From positions 2,048,001 through 2,112,000 of the forward strand of contig CAWDEM010000008.1 of assembly GCA_963801355.1 (NCBI GenBank): 64,000 nt of DNA, in the 5' to 3' direction. Of this stretch, positions 1 through 10,040 are shown in pieces. The first letter of the stretch is position 1. Each line of letters begins with the position of its first letter. The notes beneath the pieces are model-generated. The model saw only the letters and a list, made by a program, of their open reading frames with translations, was not told the DNA's origin and made no database searches. Made by a program: the position numbers and the translations under genes. The stretch comes from Ignavibacteriota bacterium (GTDB lineage Bacteria > Bacteroidota > Ignavibacteria > UBA10030 > UBA6906).

Positions 1-13
1 TGCTTCACTGTTC

Positions 14-2638
14 CTATTCCAGCAACTTCAGCGCCTCATGAATCAGCGTCTCTACTTTCCGGCGTGTGTCGCCCGAGACCTGCATGGTCTCGAGAGTCTT
101 GAGCGTCGACTCGGCCCGAGGCCGGATCAGCGCAGCTTCTTCTGTTGCCGATGCAGGTTTCAATGACATCCGGTTGCCCGTCTGCACCGCAAGAACCAGA
201 TCCTCCGGCGACCATTCCTTCGGCCATGCGTTGTTGAGCAGTGTCATTGCCCGGTACATCCTGTGAATAGCGCCGGGAACCGCCGCTACCCGGGCAGTTG
301 GTATGCCCTTCAACACGATCTCCCGCTGCCGGGTCGCAGCACCGCTGGGCACGCACACAACCACCGCCATTTTCTCTCCGTCATACCACCAGCCTGTCGA
401 GTCGCCCGGGTTTGCCGACCGCACAGTCTGCCCATCGCATTCAACGGCAGATGGTGGCCACGTCATGAGACACCGCAACTCGAAAGCCCGGATAGGCAAC
501 ATGTCCGGGAACGAGCCTTCCCGCGGACCAATAGTCACGTGCATCGTTCCACCCGCTTCCAAGCGTGAGCGTACCGGCGTCCATGCATATTCCCCCCGCT
601 GGTATCCGAGCGAGTTGCCTTCATCTTCGTACACGCGCACTGACCCGTTGCCGCCGGGGAAGATATTCAGAATCAGAGGGTCCACGGACCGCTCACCGGT
701 GCGCAGCATATCGGGCTGCATGGGTACGATGGCTCCCGCCCGGACAAACACAGGTACTTCATCCACGGTATACCGGCGTTCGAGCTTCACCGGACCGCTG
801 ATCCGGGCCCCGCTGCTCCACTCCACCCACATGCCCGGCGGCAGCCAGACCTGCCGTACAGCATCCTGACTGGTCGTATCCACCGGAGCCACCACCGGGG
901 CCACAATCATATCATTCCCAAAATAGTACTGATCAGTCGACTCATACGCTTCGGGTGCTTCGGGATGCTCATAATAGAGCGGACGCACGACGGAAATTCC
1001 TTCATCATAGGCACGGCGGGCAGCTGTGTAGATATACGGTATCATGGCGTACCGCAATCTGTACGCCTCACGCATTGCCAAGAAGTACTCGTGCGGATAT
1101 GCCCATATCCGCCGTTCGGCACCGGGGTTCTTCGTCGTATGCGTGCGAAGTATCGGACTGAATGCGCCGAACTGCAACCAACGGGTGTACAGTTCGGGGG
1201 CGACCACGCCGGGCATGTGACCGCCGATGTCATGGCTCCAGAAGCCAAAACCCACATTTGCGGCCGTTGCCGTAAAATAGGGCTGGAACGCAAGCGATTC
1301 CCAGACGGAGAAGGCATCTCCCGAAAACCCCACTTGATACCGGTGGTTTCCCAATCCTCCCCAGCGATGGAACAATAATGGGCGCGCCCGGTTCTGCCGC
1401 TCCATGTCCGAGAAGAAGACGTAGTTCAACCACCATGTCGGAGTGACGCCCGGAATCTTGGTTGTTCCCCACTGTTGCCAATCCAGCCACCAGAAATCAA
1501 TGCCGCGTTTCTCAAGCGGGTGGATGACATGCTCGAAGTAGTTGAGGGCGAAGCGCTTATCAACGATGTCAAACGGTACATATTTCTTGCTCGCGGGATC
1601 AATCCCCATGGCACGGGCCATGGGGGGATACTGCTCCTCATGCGGCTGTATGCCCGAAGCAGGATGTATGTTCAGTGTCGACTTCAAGCCGTGATCATCA
1701 CACCAGCGGAGGAATCCGTCAGGATCGGGAAAAAATGCGCGATCCCACGTATACCCTGTCCATCCAAGCCTCTGGCCGGCCTGGTCACGGACATCTTTGT
1801 CCCATCTCTGGTTAAACGTGAGGTGCCAGTCCATGTCAACGACGAGAACATCGAGTGGGACGTTATGCATGCGGAATTCTCCCACAAGCTGCCGGAGCTC
1901 ACTATCTGTGTACGCCCAGTACCGCGACCACCATGCACCAAAGGCGAATCGCGGCGGCATGGGAATCTTGCCGGCCACCCGCATGAAATCGCCGAGCGCA
2001 TCCTTATAGGCGTGGCCGTACCCGAGGAAATACCAGTCCTGCCGGTCTCCTTCCGGCCTGCGTACCACCCACGGCCACTCGCTGTTGTCGAATAGCTGAG
2101 TCTGGGTTTCATCCACGACCACCCACCCGTCGCGTGAGAGGAGTCCGGGTTCAAGAGCCGTCGACCCCTTCACTCCGTCGAGAGTCCGAGTCGTCCCGAA
2201 CAGGTTGGCAGTGTCTTTCATCCCGGGACGCCATGTCATAGCTGCTGCTTTGTTCGGGCTCCCGGCATCACCCACGAGCCGGACCCGGATGCTGAGATTT
2301 TCCTCGCCGAACCGGCCGCTGTTTTCCCGGTACCTCAGTGTGAGGTGCTCCGTCGCGATCTCCAACCAGCCGCTTTCGCGGCGCGTGTCAAACCGGGGTA
2401 CCGGAAGCCGGCGATTGAGAAACACGAGCGACGCACGGTCTTCGAACGCACTGTCAGCCGCCCATTCCATGCGCAGAAGCCGGGATGTCAGGACTGTGAA
2501 CCGGACATTCCCGCTCCTCACAACGGCAGCATCATCAGCACGGGGATCCGTCACTTCCCCCGCGCTTACCGTGGAGGCAAGCAGCATCATGACCGCAGCA
2601 CTCCAGGTGCTCCACATGACGCGCAGAATGGTTTTCAT
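14..2638 (-). CDS. Glycoside hydrolase family 31 (alpha-glucosidase/alpha-xylosidase-like), exported
   Basis: GH31 motifs FGAWWSRYW, VDMDWH, WWLDWQQ (nucleophile), GFSGD, WSHDIGG, RWLQFGAFSPILRTH. Start moved to ATG 2638 (MKTILR..., signal peptide, GAGG upstream); the ORF-track start at 2827 overlaps the neighbouring gene. Confidence 0.9.
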   Translation of the reverse strand: MKTILRVMWSTWSAAVMMLLASTVSAGEVTDPRADDAAVVRSGNVRFTVLTSRLLRMEWAADSAFEDRASLVFLNRRLPVPRFDTRRESGWLEIATEHLTLRYRENSGRFGEENLSIRVRLVGDAGSPNKAAAMTWRPGMKDTANLFGTTRTLDGVKGSTALEPGLLSRDGWVVVDETQTQLFDNSEWPWVVRRPEGDRQDWYFLGYGHAYKDALGDFMRVAGKIPMPPRFAFGAWWSRYWAYTDSELRQLVGEFRMHNVPLDVLVVDMDWHLTFNQRWDKDVRDQAGQRLGWTGYTWDRAFFPDPDGFLRWCDDHGLKSTLNIHPASGIQPHEEQYPPMARAMGIDPASKKYVPFDIVDKRFALNYFEHVIHPLEKRGIDFWWLDWQQWGTTKIPGVTPTWWLNYVFFSDMERQNRARPLLFHRWGGLGNHRYQVGFSGDAFSVWESLAFQPYFTATAANVGFGFWSHDIGGHMPGVVAPELYTRWLQFGAFSPILRTHTTKNPGAERRIWAYPHEYFLAMREAYRLRYAMIPYIYTAARRAYDEGISVVRPLYYEHPEAPEAYESTDQYYFGNDMIVAPVVAPVDTTSQDAVRQVWLPPGMWVEWSSGARISGPVKLERRYTVDEVPVFVRAGAIVPMQPDMLRTGERSVDPLILNIFPGGNGSVRVYEDEGNSLGYQRGEYAWTPVRSRLEAGGTMHVTIGPREGSFPDMLPIRAFELRCLMTWPPSAVECDGQTVRSANPGDSTGWWYDGEKMAVVVCVPSGAATRQREIVLKGIPTARVAAVPGAIHRMYRAMTLLNNAWPKEWSPEDLVLAVQTGNRMSLKPASATEEAALIRPRAESTLKTLETMQVSGDTRRKVETLIHEALKLLE

Positions 2639-2684
2639 GAGTGCATCCTCATTCCTTTCTGGCCCATTTTCATTTCGGGGAGGA

Positions 2685-3332
2685 TCACGCCGGAACGATG
2701 GGAAAATATCGGGCATTGACGTTGCGCGCGACAACGAAAGCGCAGTAGGCAAAGAACGGCGCTGCAAAGACGTCGATGCTGTAATGGGTGTGCTGCCACA
2801 ATACGCAGATCGCCACGCCGGCGACAAAAAGGAGGAATACCGCTCGTGATGTCTTCGAGGGCATAACGAGGAAAAGGAGAAATAACGTTGAGGTATGACC
2901 GGAGAAAAAGAGGTCCTTTGTCAGTGTTGTACCGGTACCGAAGAGCTCAACAAAGGGGTCCCGTAATGCAATCATAGCCGCGGGCGGATCCAGCGGCGTC
3001 AACGCCATCGCTATGATGCGAAATACGACCATGACAACGTACGATTGAAATACGAGCACGCACCGCTCGGGATAGCGGGACAGCAACAGGATGCCCGTGG
3101 CTATTCCCCCATAGATGAATCCGAATGTCACCCAGTTGACATCCTTCGGGCTGAATAGCCGCAGGAGCGGGTCGTCGAGCACACTTCCCGGACGCGTTTC
3201 CACGGCGAGAAGGAAGCGCGTGAGAACGACAAGGGTGACCACAAGCGCGGGCATGGCTATGAACACACGCAGGCGAAAACCCCTGGAGAGCCAGGCGGCA
3301 CGCCAGAGACCGGAGACAGGTGCAAGAGTCAT
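2685..3332 (-). CDS. PAP2-superfamily membrane protein of the sphingomyelin-synthase-like (PAP2_C) type
   Basis: About 6 hydrophobic segments; DLFFSGHT and HTHYSIDV match the SMS D3/D4 catalytic motifs. Start 3332 chosen from the promoter position (alternative 3356). Confidence 0.75.
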   Translation of the reverse strand: MTLAPVSGLWRAAWLSRGFRLRVFIAMPALVVTLVVLTRFLLAVETRPGSVLDDPLLRLFSPKDVNWVTFGFIYGGIATGILLLSRYPERCVLVFQSYVVMVVFRIIAMALTPLDPPAAMIALRDPFVELFGTGTTLTKDLFFSGHTSTLFLLFLVMPSKTSRAVFLLFVAGVAICVLWQHTHYSIDVFAAPFFAYCAFVVARNVNARYFPIVPA

Positions 3333-3337
3333 GAAAA

Positions 3338-3366
3338 AAGCTATAAACTCCCTCATCGAAAGTCAA
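3338..3366 (-). promoter_or_regulatory. sigma70 promoter TTGACT-17-TAGCTT for the PAP2 gene
   Basis: -35 at 3366-3361, -10 at 3343-3338, ATG 5 nt downstream; same hexamers as the ferritin promoter. Confidence 0.55.
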
Positions 3367-3370
3367 CGCC

Positions 3371-6300
3371 TTAATCGGCCTGCATCTCTGGAACGGCTTC
3401 CGCAGGCCGCGGCTTCCATGGGGCTCGTGCAGCCCAGGCAACGCGTTTGAACAGCGCGGGCACGCGGGTCCGCAGCCCGTCTACGTACGTGTACACCACG
3501 GGCACGAGCACGAGCGTCAGCAGTGTCGAGCTTATGAGGCCGCCAATGACCACCACCGCCATTCCCTGCCGCATCTCCGACCCGGATCCAAGCGCGAGAG
3601 CCAACGGCATCATCCCGAAGATCATTGTTGCCGTGGTCATGACGATCGGCCGCAATCGTGTTTTTCCGGCTTCCAGCAACGCCTCACGCATGGCCAGCCC
3701 GCGAGAACGCAACGTGTTGGTGAAATCCACAAGTAATATCGCATTCTTGGTTACCAGACCCATCAACATGATGATGCCGATCATGCTGAACATGTTCAGG
3801 GTCGACCCCGTCAGCGCGAGGCCCCCCAGGGCCCCCACCAGTGCCACGGGGAGCGCGAACATGATGGTGAACGGATGAACGTATGACTCGAAGAGGCTGA
3901 CCATGATGATGTACACGAACAGGATGGCCATGCTCAGGGCAAGGGTCATATCGCTGAACATGTCCCGCATATTCTCGGTATCACCGCCGTAGAAGACCCG
4001 CACGCCTACAGGGATCCCGGCCGCGTTGATCGCTTGCTCTACTTCGGCGTTCACTTGCCCCAGCGGCACTTCTCCCGACATGTTCGCCGCGATAGTCACC
4101 AACCGCTCACGGTCCTTGCGGGAAACGACCGATGGGCCTTTCCCATAGAAGATATTCGCAAGCTGACTGAGTTGCACAGACTGACCGTAACGGTTAATCA
4201 GAGTGATATGGCCGACATCCTCGGCCCGCGTGCGGCTCGCCTTGTCAAACACGACGCGCAAGTCGAATTCCGTGTCTCCTTCCTGGTACTTGGTCGGCAG
4301 ATCTCCCTCAATGGCCGCACGCACTGCCAGACCCACTTCCGCGAGCGTGAGTCCCATCCGTGCCACCTTGTCCCGGTCGACCTCAATCTTCACTTCGGGT
4401 TTGCCTTCCTCCCAGGAACTTGTGACATCCGCCGTCCCCCTGGCCCCGATGACGATCCCCTTTACCTGTTCCGAGAACGCGACAACCTGCTGGAGATCGG
4501 GCCCCATGATCTCCACCTGGAATGGAGCTGCGTTGGCCATACCCCACATGCCGATCGTGCTGAAGCTCGTGGTGAGCCCGGGGATGTCACTGCTCTTGTG
4601 CTTGATCTCCATCATGATGGCGCGTGTGGATCGCGCGCGTTTCCGCTTGTCCAGCAGCTTGACCTGCACCTGCCCGAGATTCGATTGATTGGCGTTCTTC
4701 CACTGGCTCTGCTGGTATCCGGTGGTGCAGAGGTATCGCTCGACTTCCGGCAGCGAGGCGACCAGCTTTTCTACCTCGCGCACGGCCTGATCGGTCTTCT
4801 GAATCGTTGTGCCGAGAGGCATATCGATATTGATGGCAAATTCGCCGCGATCCGAATCGGTCATGAATTCGGTCCCGATGATCCCCGCGGGGTACACGAG
4901 TGCCATGCTTGCCATCAAGAGACCGCCGCTGATGGCAAGAATTGACCTGCGGTGTCCCAGCGCCCAGGCGAGCACCGAGCGATACTGCTCCCCAAGCGCA
5001 TCCTGCAAACCCTCAGACCAGCTGATGAACCTGCCGATGAAGGAAGTTCGCGAATGCTCAATCAGCCGCGCCCAGCGCGAAGCGAGCATCGGCGTGAGCG
5101 TGAACGACACAAGGAGGGAGAGCAGTGTGGACGCCACGATCGTCAATCCAAATTCACCGAAGATACGTCCTACCACCCCTCCGACCAGGGATATCGGAAG
5201 AAACACCACGACGTCCACCAGCGTTATGGCAATTGCAGCAAAGCCGATCTCACCCCGCCCGACAATCGCAGCGTGGACGGGGTCCTCACCTTTTTCGAGA
5301 TGCCGGTGGATGTTCTCAAGAACAACAATGGAGTCGTCGACCAGGATACCGATGACCAGCGCCAGCGCCATTAAGGAGACAAGGTTCAGCGTGAAGCCAA
5401 GCAACCACATGAAAAAGTACGTCGAAATGAGCGACGTGGGGATGGCGAGCAGCACGATCAGTGAATTCCGCGCACTATGGAGGAAGAAGAACAGCACGAG
5501 TGCAACCATGAGGATGGACAGCAGAAGATCGCGTTGCACCTCGGCGAGCGAATTGCGGGTGAAGTTCGTGATGTCCTGGGCGATCACAAACTGCACTCTG
5601 TTTCCCGTTTCCTGCTCCAGCTTCCGCATCGTCTCCTGGAGCATGCTGCTGGTTCTCACCGAATTTGCATCCGACTGTTTCTGGATGATGATGGCGATGG
5701 AGCTTTCGCCGTTGAGCCGGCTCAACGTGTAGTCCTCGCGCACGCCATCGACCACATTCGCGACGTCTTTCACGTACACAACACCCTGCGGGAGGGCCGC
5801 TATCACGGTATTGCGAATTTCCTCCAGGCTCTTGAATTTGCCCGCGAGCCGAACAATGTACTGATTCAACTCTTCATCGATTTTCCCCGTCGGGAAATCC
5901 AGGTTTTCCCGGCCCATTGCCTGGGATACCTGGAGTATGGAGATGCCGTAGGAGTTCAGCTTTTGATTGTCCACTTCCACGCGGACCTCCCTCTCCTGGC
6001 CCCCCATGAGCGTCACCGACGACACTCCCTCCACCTGCTCGATCCGCGGCTTGATGCGATCCTTCAGATACTGGAACAGCTCACGCGGCGGCATCTGGCC
6101 TGTGGCCGAGACGCGCAAAATGGGGAAAGCATTCATGTCGGCCTTGGAGACCCTGGGCGCTTTTGCATCCTCGGGGAGCTTGGAACGGGTCTGCTCCACA
6201 ACCCGTTGCACGTCATTGGTCACCTGGTCCACCTGCGCGCTCATCGAGAACTGCGCCAGCACCACGGAGACTCCTTCATACGAGTAGGAGCGGAGGTTGT

Positions 6301-6532
6301 CCAGTTTGCTGACGCCGCTGATTGCTTCCTCGAGAGGTTTGGAGACGAGCGATTCCACTTCCTTGGGTCCGGCGCCGGGGTACACCGTGACAATCGAGAC
6401 GTACGGCCAGTCCATTTTCGGCAGCAGGTCTGTACTCATTCTGGAGTAGCCGAAGATCCCGAGAACGCCGAGCGTGACGAAGATCATCGTCATGAACGCC
6501 GGGCGGCGTATGGCAACTTCAGTTATCTTCAT
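3371..6532 (-). CDS. RND efflux transporter permease (AcrB/AcrD/AcrF family)
   Basis: 1053 aa; GILVDDSIVVLENI, KNAILLVD and RLRPIVMT proton-relay motifs. Confidence 0.96.
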   Translation of the reverse strand: MKITEVAIRRPAFMTMIFVTLGVLGIFGYSRMSTDLLPKMDWPYVSIVTVYPGAGPKEVESLVSKPLEEAISGVSKLDNLRSYSYEGVSVVLAQFSMSAQVDQVTNDVQRVVEQTRSKLPEDAKAPRVSKADMNAFPILRVSATGQMPPRELFQYLKDRIKPRIEQVEGVSSVTLMGGQEREVRVEVDNQKLNSYGISILQVSQAMGRENLDFPTGKIDEELNQYIVRLAGKFKSLEEIRNTVIAALPQGVVYVKDVANVVDGVREDYTLSRLNGESSIAIIIQKQSDANSVRTSSMLQETMRKLEQETGNRVQFVIAQDITNFTRNSLAEVQRDLLLSILMVALVLFFFLHSARNSLIVLLAIPTSLISTYFFMWLLGFTLNLVSLMALALVIGILVDDSIVVLENIHRHLEKGEDPVHAAIVGRGEIGFAAIAITLVDVVVFLPISLVGGVVGRIFGEFGLTIVASTLLSLLVSFTLTPMLASRWARLIEHSRTSFIGRFISWSEGLQDALGEQYRSVLAWALGHRRSILAISGGLLMASMALVYPAGIIGTEFMTDSDRGEFAINIDMPLGTTIQKTDQAVREVEKLVASLPEVERYLCTTGYQQSQWKNANQSNLGQVQVKLLDKRKRARSTRAIMMEIKHKSSDIPGLTTSFSTIGMWGMANAAPFQVEIMGPDLQQVVAFSEQVKGIVIGARGTADVTSSWEEGKPEVKIEVDRDKVARMGLTLAEVGLAVRAAIEGDLPTKYQEGDTEFDLRVVFDKASRTRAEDVGHITLINRYGQSVQLSQLANIFYGKGPSVVSRKDRERLVTIAANMSGEVPLGQVNAEVEQAINAAGIPVGVRVFYGGDTENMRDMFSDMTLALSMAILFVYIIMVSLFESYVHPFTIMFALPVALVGALGGLALTGSTLNMFSMIGIIMLMGLVTKNAILLVDFTNTLRSRGLAMREALLEAGKTRLRPIVMTTATMIFGMMPLALALGSGSEMRQGMAVVVIGGLISSTLLTLVLVPVVYTYVDGLRTRVPALFKRVAWAARAPWKPRPAEAVPEMQAD

Positions 6533-6553
6533 TTTCGGAAATCCTGGTATGTC

Positions 6554-7708
6554 TTAGTGTTGCCTGAACTGTACCGGCGCCCCGTCTTTCAGTGCTTTTT
6601 GTCCGAACGAGATTACCAGTTCGCCCTGGCTCAGACCATGCACCACCTGGATCAGATTGTTGCCCCGGATGCCGAGGGTGACAGAACGCAGCCTTGCAAC
6701 GCCGTCTTTCGCCACAAAAACCATGGGTATCGCACCATCCTCTACAAGGGATTCCTTGGCGATGGTCAGGACGCCTTTTGCGCTTCTGGCTTGAATCTCG
6801 ACACGCGCGAACATCCCGACCTTCACCGGGTCTCTCCCCGTATTCGGCACCACCACCTCGACAGGGTATGTGTGACCATTCGGGCTTTCGGATTTCGCTC
6901 CGACGGTGAAGACCTTGCCGGTGAACTGCTCTCCCGGACGGGAGTCGATGTGCAGCACGGCGGTCTGTCCGGCATGGAGCTTCACGACGTCCTCTTCAGC
7001 CACGCTCAGTTTCACCTTCAGGGATGATATATCGACGAGATTTGCAATCTCCATTCCGGGGCCGACCATTTCTCCGACCTCCACGCGGCGTGAGGCGACA
7101 AGGCCCGGGACGGGTGCCTTGATGCGCGAATCGCTCACCTGCCGGTCGGCGGCACGCAATGCGGCGACAGCTCCCTTGAACTGAGCCTCGGCCGACTGAT
7201 AGGCCAGCCGGTACCCCTCCAATTCGATATCTGCAACATCGCCCGAATTGAAGAGCATTTGCGTTCGCTCAAAGTCTTTCTTCGACTTCTCCAGGTTCGT
7301 TCTTGCGGCGAGCATCTGCGCCCGCGCCTGGTCTGCAGCCGCTTCCTTCAGCTCCGCGTCGACCTCGACAAGCGTTTGGCCTTGCTTCACGGCGTCGCCG
7401 ACTTTCACGTGCACTTTGAGGACTCTTCCGGCTGTCTCAGATGCGACCTTCACATCCCGCATCGCGGCGACGTTCCCCACTCCGGAAACGATGTCGGTGA
7501 CGTCGGCAATGCCTACAGGAGTCACTTCCACTGCTGTCGGCTGCGACACCTGCGGAGGATCCGCCTGTGAAGTCCGGGAGGTTACGATGAGCAGGGCACC
7601 GGCAGCGAGAACCACCGCGGCGACGGCAAGCAAGATTACGCGTCTGCGTGAAATCATTGTCTTTCCTGTAGTCTGTGTCGTCGTTCCAGAGTCCGGACGT
7701 GTTGTCAC
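6554..7708 (-). CDS. RND periplasmic adaptor (membrane fusion protein)
   Basis: N-terminal anchor, lipoyl-like GDAVKQGQTL, helical hairpin, IKAPVPG, GMFARVEI; GTGA overlap with the tolC-like stop (alternative start 7657). Confidence 0.93.
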   Translation of the reverse strand: MTTRPDSGTTTQTTGKTMISRRRVILLAVAAVVLAAGALLIVTSRTSQADPPQVSQPTAVEVTPVGIADVTDIVSGVGNVAAMRDVKVASETAGRVLKVHVKVGDAVKQGQTLVEVDAELKEAAADQARAQMLAARTNLEKSKKDFERTQMLFNSGDVADIELEGYRLAYQSAEAQFKGAVAALRAADRQVSDSRIKAPVPGLVASRRVEVGEMVGPGMEIANLVDISSLKVKLSVAEEDVVKLHAGQTAVLHIDSRPGEQFTGKVFTVGAKSESPNGHTYPVEVVVPNTGRDPVKVGMFARVEIQARSAKGVLTIAKESLVEDGAIPMVFVAKDGVARLRSVTLGIRGNNLIQVVHGLSQGELVISFGQKALKDGAPVQFRQH

Positions 7709-9102
7709 GGCGATACCCTCCCCAACGCACGGGCAAGCTGCACCTCTGCGATCCGGCGGTCGTACAATGCCGTTATGAATGACGCCCGTGCCGATGTATA
7801 CGCTGTTTGCACGTCGATGAGGTCCACATTCGACGCCCCTCCGGTTTCGTAACGACGGGTGACTGCGTTCAGAACGTCCAGTGCTTCCATCTGGCCCTTC
7901 CGGGTGATCTCCGTTCGCTTCACGGCAGAACGCAGGTTGAGCTCAGCACCGGTCGCCTGCATGAGCAGTCCGCGGCGGAATGATTCCACCTGCGTCTCCG
8001 TCCGGTGATACTCGGCCTTTGCTTTCTGCAGCTTGGTGTAATCGCCAAAGCTGTTGAAGATCGGCCACCGTACCTGCAGGGCAATTGCCCATGGGGCGAT
8101 GCCGTCCAGTTCAGGAGTGTCGTTCTTCTCCCAGCCGTATTGGAACGCCATGTTGACACTCGGCTTGAAATTGATCCACGCCTGGTCGACACCTGCATCG
8201 GCGAGGCGGAGGTTGGCCTGCATGGTCATCATTGAAGGGTGCGCTTCAAGAAACTCTCGTGAGGATACCGGGTCCGTCCCCCGGGCGGTCGCCGCCGCGT
8301 CCTCAGTACCGGCTGCAGGAACCATGACCGCTGCGGAGCCACTGTCAGCCTCAAGAGGTCTTTCGAGAACGAACCGGGAATTCATGTCCACCCCCATGGC
8401 ATTGTTCAGCTGCAAGCGGGCAAGCTCCAGACCGTTCTCCGCGTTGACCAGATTTCCTTCGTCTGATGCGAGCTGCACCTCCCACCGCAGGACATCCGTG
8501 CGCGTTCGCATGCCCATGCCGGCGCGACGCGTGGTCATATCCAGATGCCGTTTCGTCCGGGCCACGGCTTCCTGTGCGAGTGCAACAAGTTCTTCCGCTT
8601 TGAGCGCGGTGAAGTATGAGACCTTGACGGCTGCCACCACATCCTGCTCGGTATCCTGATACGCGTACACGCTCTTGTCCTGGGCGGCGTTCGCCGCACT
8701 CAGGCCGACGATCTCCGCGCCTCCATTATAAATCGGCTGCACCACAGTAATGTCGGTGGCATAGGTGTTACGATAGGCGAAGGGTTTGATTTCCGACAAC
8801 ATCTCCCGTGGGACCCCGAACGAGCCGGCGGCGGCTTTGATGAAATCAACAGCTGCATTCGCCCTCCGCTCCGAGGCGGGATCAATCCTTGTCACCCCGC
8901 CGGACAATTCCACCTTGGGAAGGAAGTTCGTGATGGCATTGAGCTTTCCCCAGTCGCCCGCATCACGGTCAAACGCCGCAGCACGAAGCGCCTGATTCTG
9001 TTCAAGTGCCGTCGCCACAGCGCGATCCAGGGTCAGATGATCCTGTGCGAAGAGCAGCGGGGCGGCCAACGGAAGTAGCGCGCACAACAACATGATGTTC
9101 AT
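7705..9102 (-). CDS. TolC-family outer membrane efflux protein
   Basis: Signal peptide, LTLDRAVATALEQN, two OEP repeats, RRYETGGASNVDLIDVQ; sits within the RND operon. Confidence 0.92.
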   Translation of the reverse strand: MNIMLLCALLPLAAPLLFAQDHLTLDRAVATALEQNQALRAAAFDRDAGDWGKLNAITNFLPKVELSGGVTRIDPASERRANAAVDFIKAAAGSFGVPREMLSEIKPFAYRNTYATDITVVQPIYNGGAEIVGLSAANAAQDKSVYAYQDTEQDVVAAVKVSYFTALKAEELVALAQEAVARTKRHLDMTTRRAGMGMRTRTDVLRWEVQLASDEGNLVNAENGLELARLQLNNAMGVDMNSRFVLERPLEADSGSAAVMVPAAGTEDAAATARGTDPVSSREFLEAHPSMMTMQANLRLADAGVDQAWINFKPSVNMAFQYGWEKNDTPELDGIAPWAIALQVRWPIFNSFGDYTKLQKAKAEYHRTETQVESFRRGLLMQATGAELNLRSAVKRTEITRKGQMEALDVLNAVTRRYETGGASNVDLIDVQTAYTSARASFITALYDRRIAEVQLARALGRVSP

Positions 9103-9116
9103 AGCCCGTGCCGTGA

Positions 9117-9833
9117 TTATGGTTGCTGTGAATCGTTTGTGACGATGCCGGGCTGACCGCGGTACGGTTGCACTTGAGGGTACATCTCAAGCCCTTTCCC
9201 GGTCATCATTGCCTCGACAAGTAAAGCGTTGGATTTGCGCAGTGTCTTCTCCAAATCGATACCGAGAGCATCTTTCCAGTAGTTTTCGTTTCTGTCAATG
9301 AGTCGAAGAAAACCGTTGGTGTTGGACCAGAGCATGATGCCTGTCTCAAGGGGATCAAGATCATCGTGGAGCAGCCCTGCATCGATACCTTTCCGGATGA
9401 CGGAAATGACCAGATCCCATAGCCTGCGTTCGACGATGAGGCATTGCTCCTGCATCCCTGTGGAGATCTGTTTGTGAAAATCCGGGCTTTCAAAGAAATA
9501 GAGCATGTGGAAGTAGTGCCGGTGATCACGGAAGAACCTGTAGTAACCCTCTGCCAGGTTCTCGATAAGCTTGATCGGGTTCTCGCCTGTCGAAACTGCT
9601 TCCTGCAGGATTCGATACATGACCTCCATGCCGCGGAGCGTAACGGCCAGATAAAGGTCCTCCTTGCTATGGTAGTAGAGATAAAGAGTCCCCTTGCTCA
9701 ACTCTGCGCTTTCAGCCACTTCATCCATCGTGGAGGCGCTCAATCCCTTTTCGATGAAGACTTTTTCGGCAGCACTTATGATTTCTTCTCTTCTGGCTTC
9801 TCTTTCGCGTTCTTTGCGTTCCGGGATTCCCAT
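9117..9833 (-). CDS. TetR/AcrR family transcriptional regulator
   Basis: HTH IISAAEKVFIEKGLSASTMDEVAESAELSKGTLYLYYHSKEDL. Confidence 0.95.
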   Translation of the reverse strand: MGIPERKEREREARREEIISAAEKVFIEKGLSASTMDEVAESAELSKGTLYLYYHSKEDLYLAVTLRGMEVMYRILQEAVSTGENPIKLIENLAEGYYRFFRDHRHYFHMLYFFESPDFHKQISTGMQEQCLIVERRLWDLVISVIRKGIDAGLLHDDLDPLETGIMLWSNTNGFLRLIDRNENYWKDALGIDLEKTLRKSNALLVEAMMTGKGLEMYPQVQPYRGQPGIVTNDSQQP

Positions 9834-9852
9834 TGTTTTCCTCTAGGCGCAA

Positions 9853-9865
9853 TGACTACTAGTCA
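9853..9865. promoter_or_regulatory. Putative TetR operator 1 (TGACTA-C-TAGTCA)
   Basis: Perfect 6-1-6 palindrome between the -10 box and the tetR start; second copy at 9944. Confidence 0.75.
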
Positions 9866-9878
9866 ATTAATGAATACA

Positions 9879-9907
9879 AGTATAAGAGAACCAGGCGTAA
9901 TTGTCAA
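9879..9907 (-). promoter_or_regulatory. sigma70 promoter TTGACA-17-TATACT of the tetR-tolC-mfp-rnd operon
   Basis: -35 at 9907-9902, -10 at 9884-9879, AT-rich UP-like tract upstream. Confidence 0.8.
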
Positions 9908-9943
9908 TACACTAAAATATTAATTAAACATTAATAAATGGAA

Positions 9944-9956
9944 TGACTAATAGTCA
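9944..9956. promoter_or_regulatory. Putative TetR operator 2 (TGACTA-A-TAGTCA)
   Basis: Same palindrome and same 5' AA flank as 9853-9865. Confidence 0.7.
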
Positions 9957-10040
9957 GCATACGATGGGAAAATTGGAAAGGTTGCACGATGAGGATAAGT
10001 AAAGAGAGGCTTAAAAGGCGCTGCGCGAGGGGTCTGACCC

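Noticed and set aside
2639-2827. N-terminal extension of GH31 in the ORF track
   Set aside because: It overlaps the PAP2 gene; the RBS and signal peptide fit ATG 2638.
5477-7027. 516-aa plus-strand ORF, and similar long ORFs at 10101-11411, 45707-47122, 51335-52630 and 60400-61644
   Set aside because: They are antisense shadows of well-supported genes, have no motifs, and are expected at high GC.
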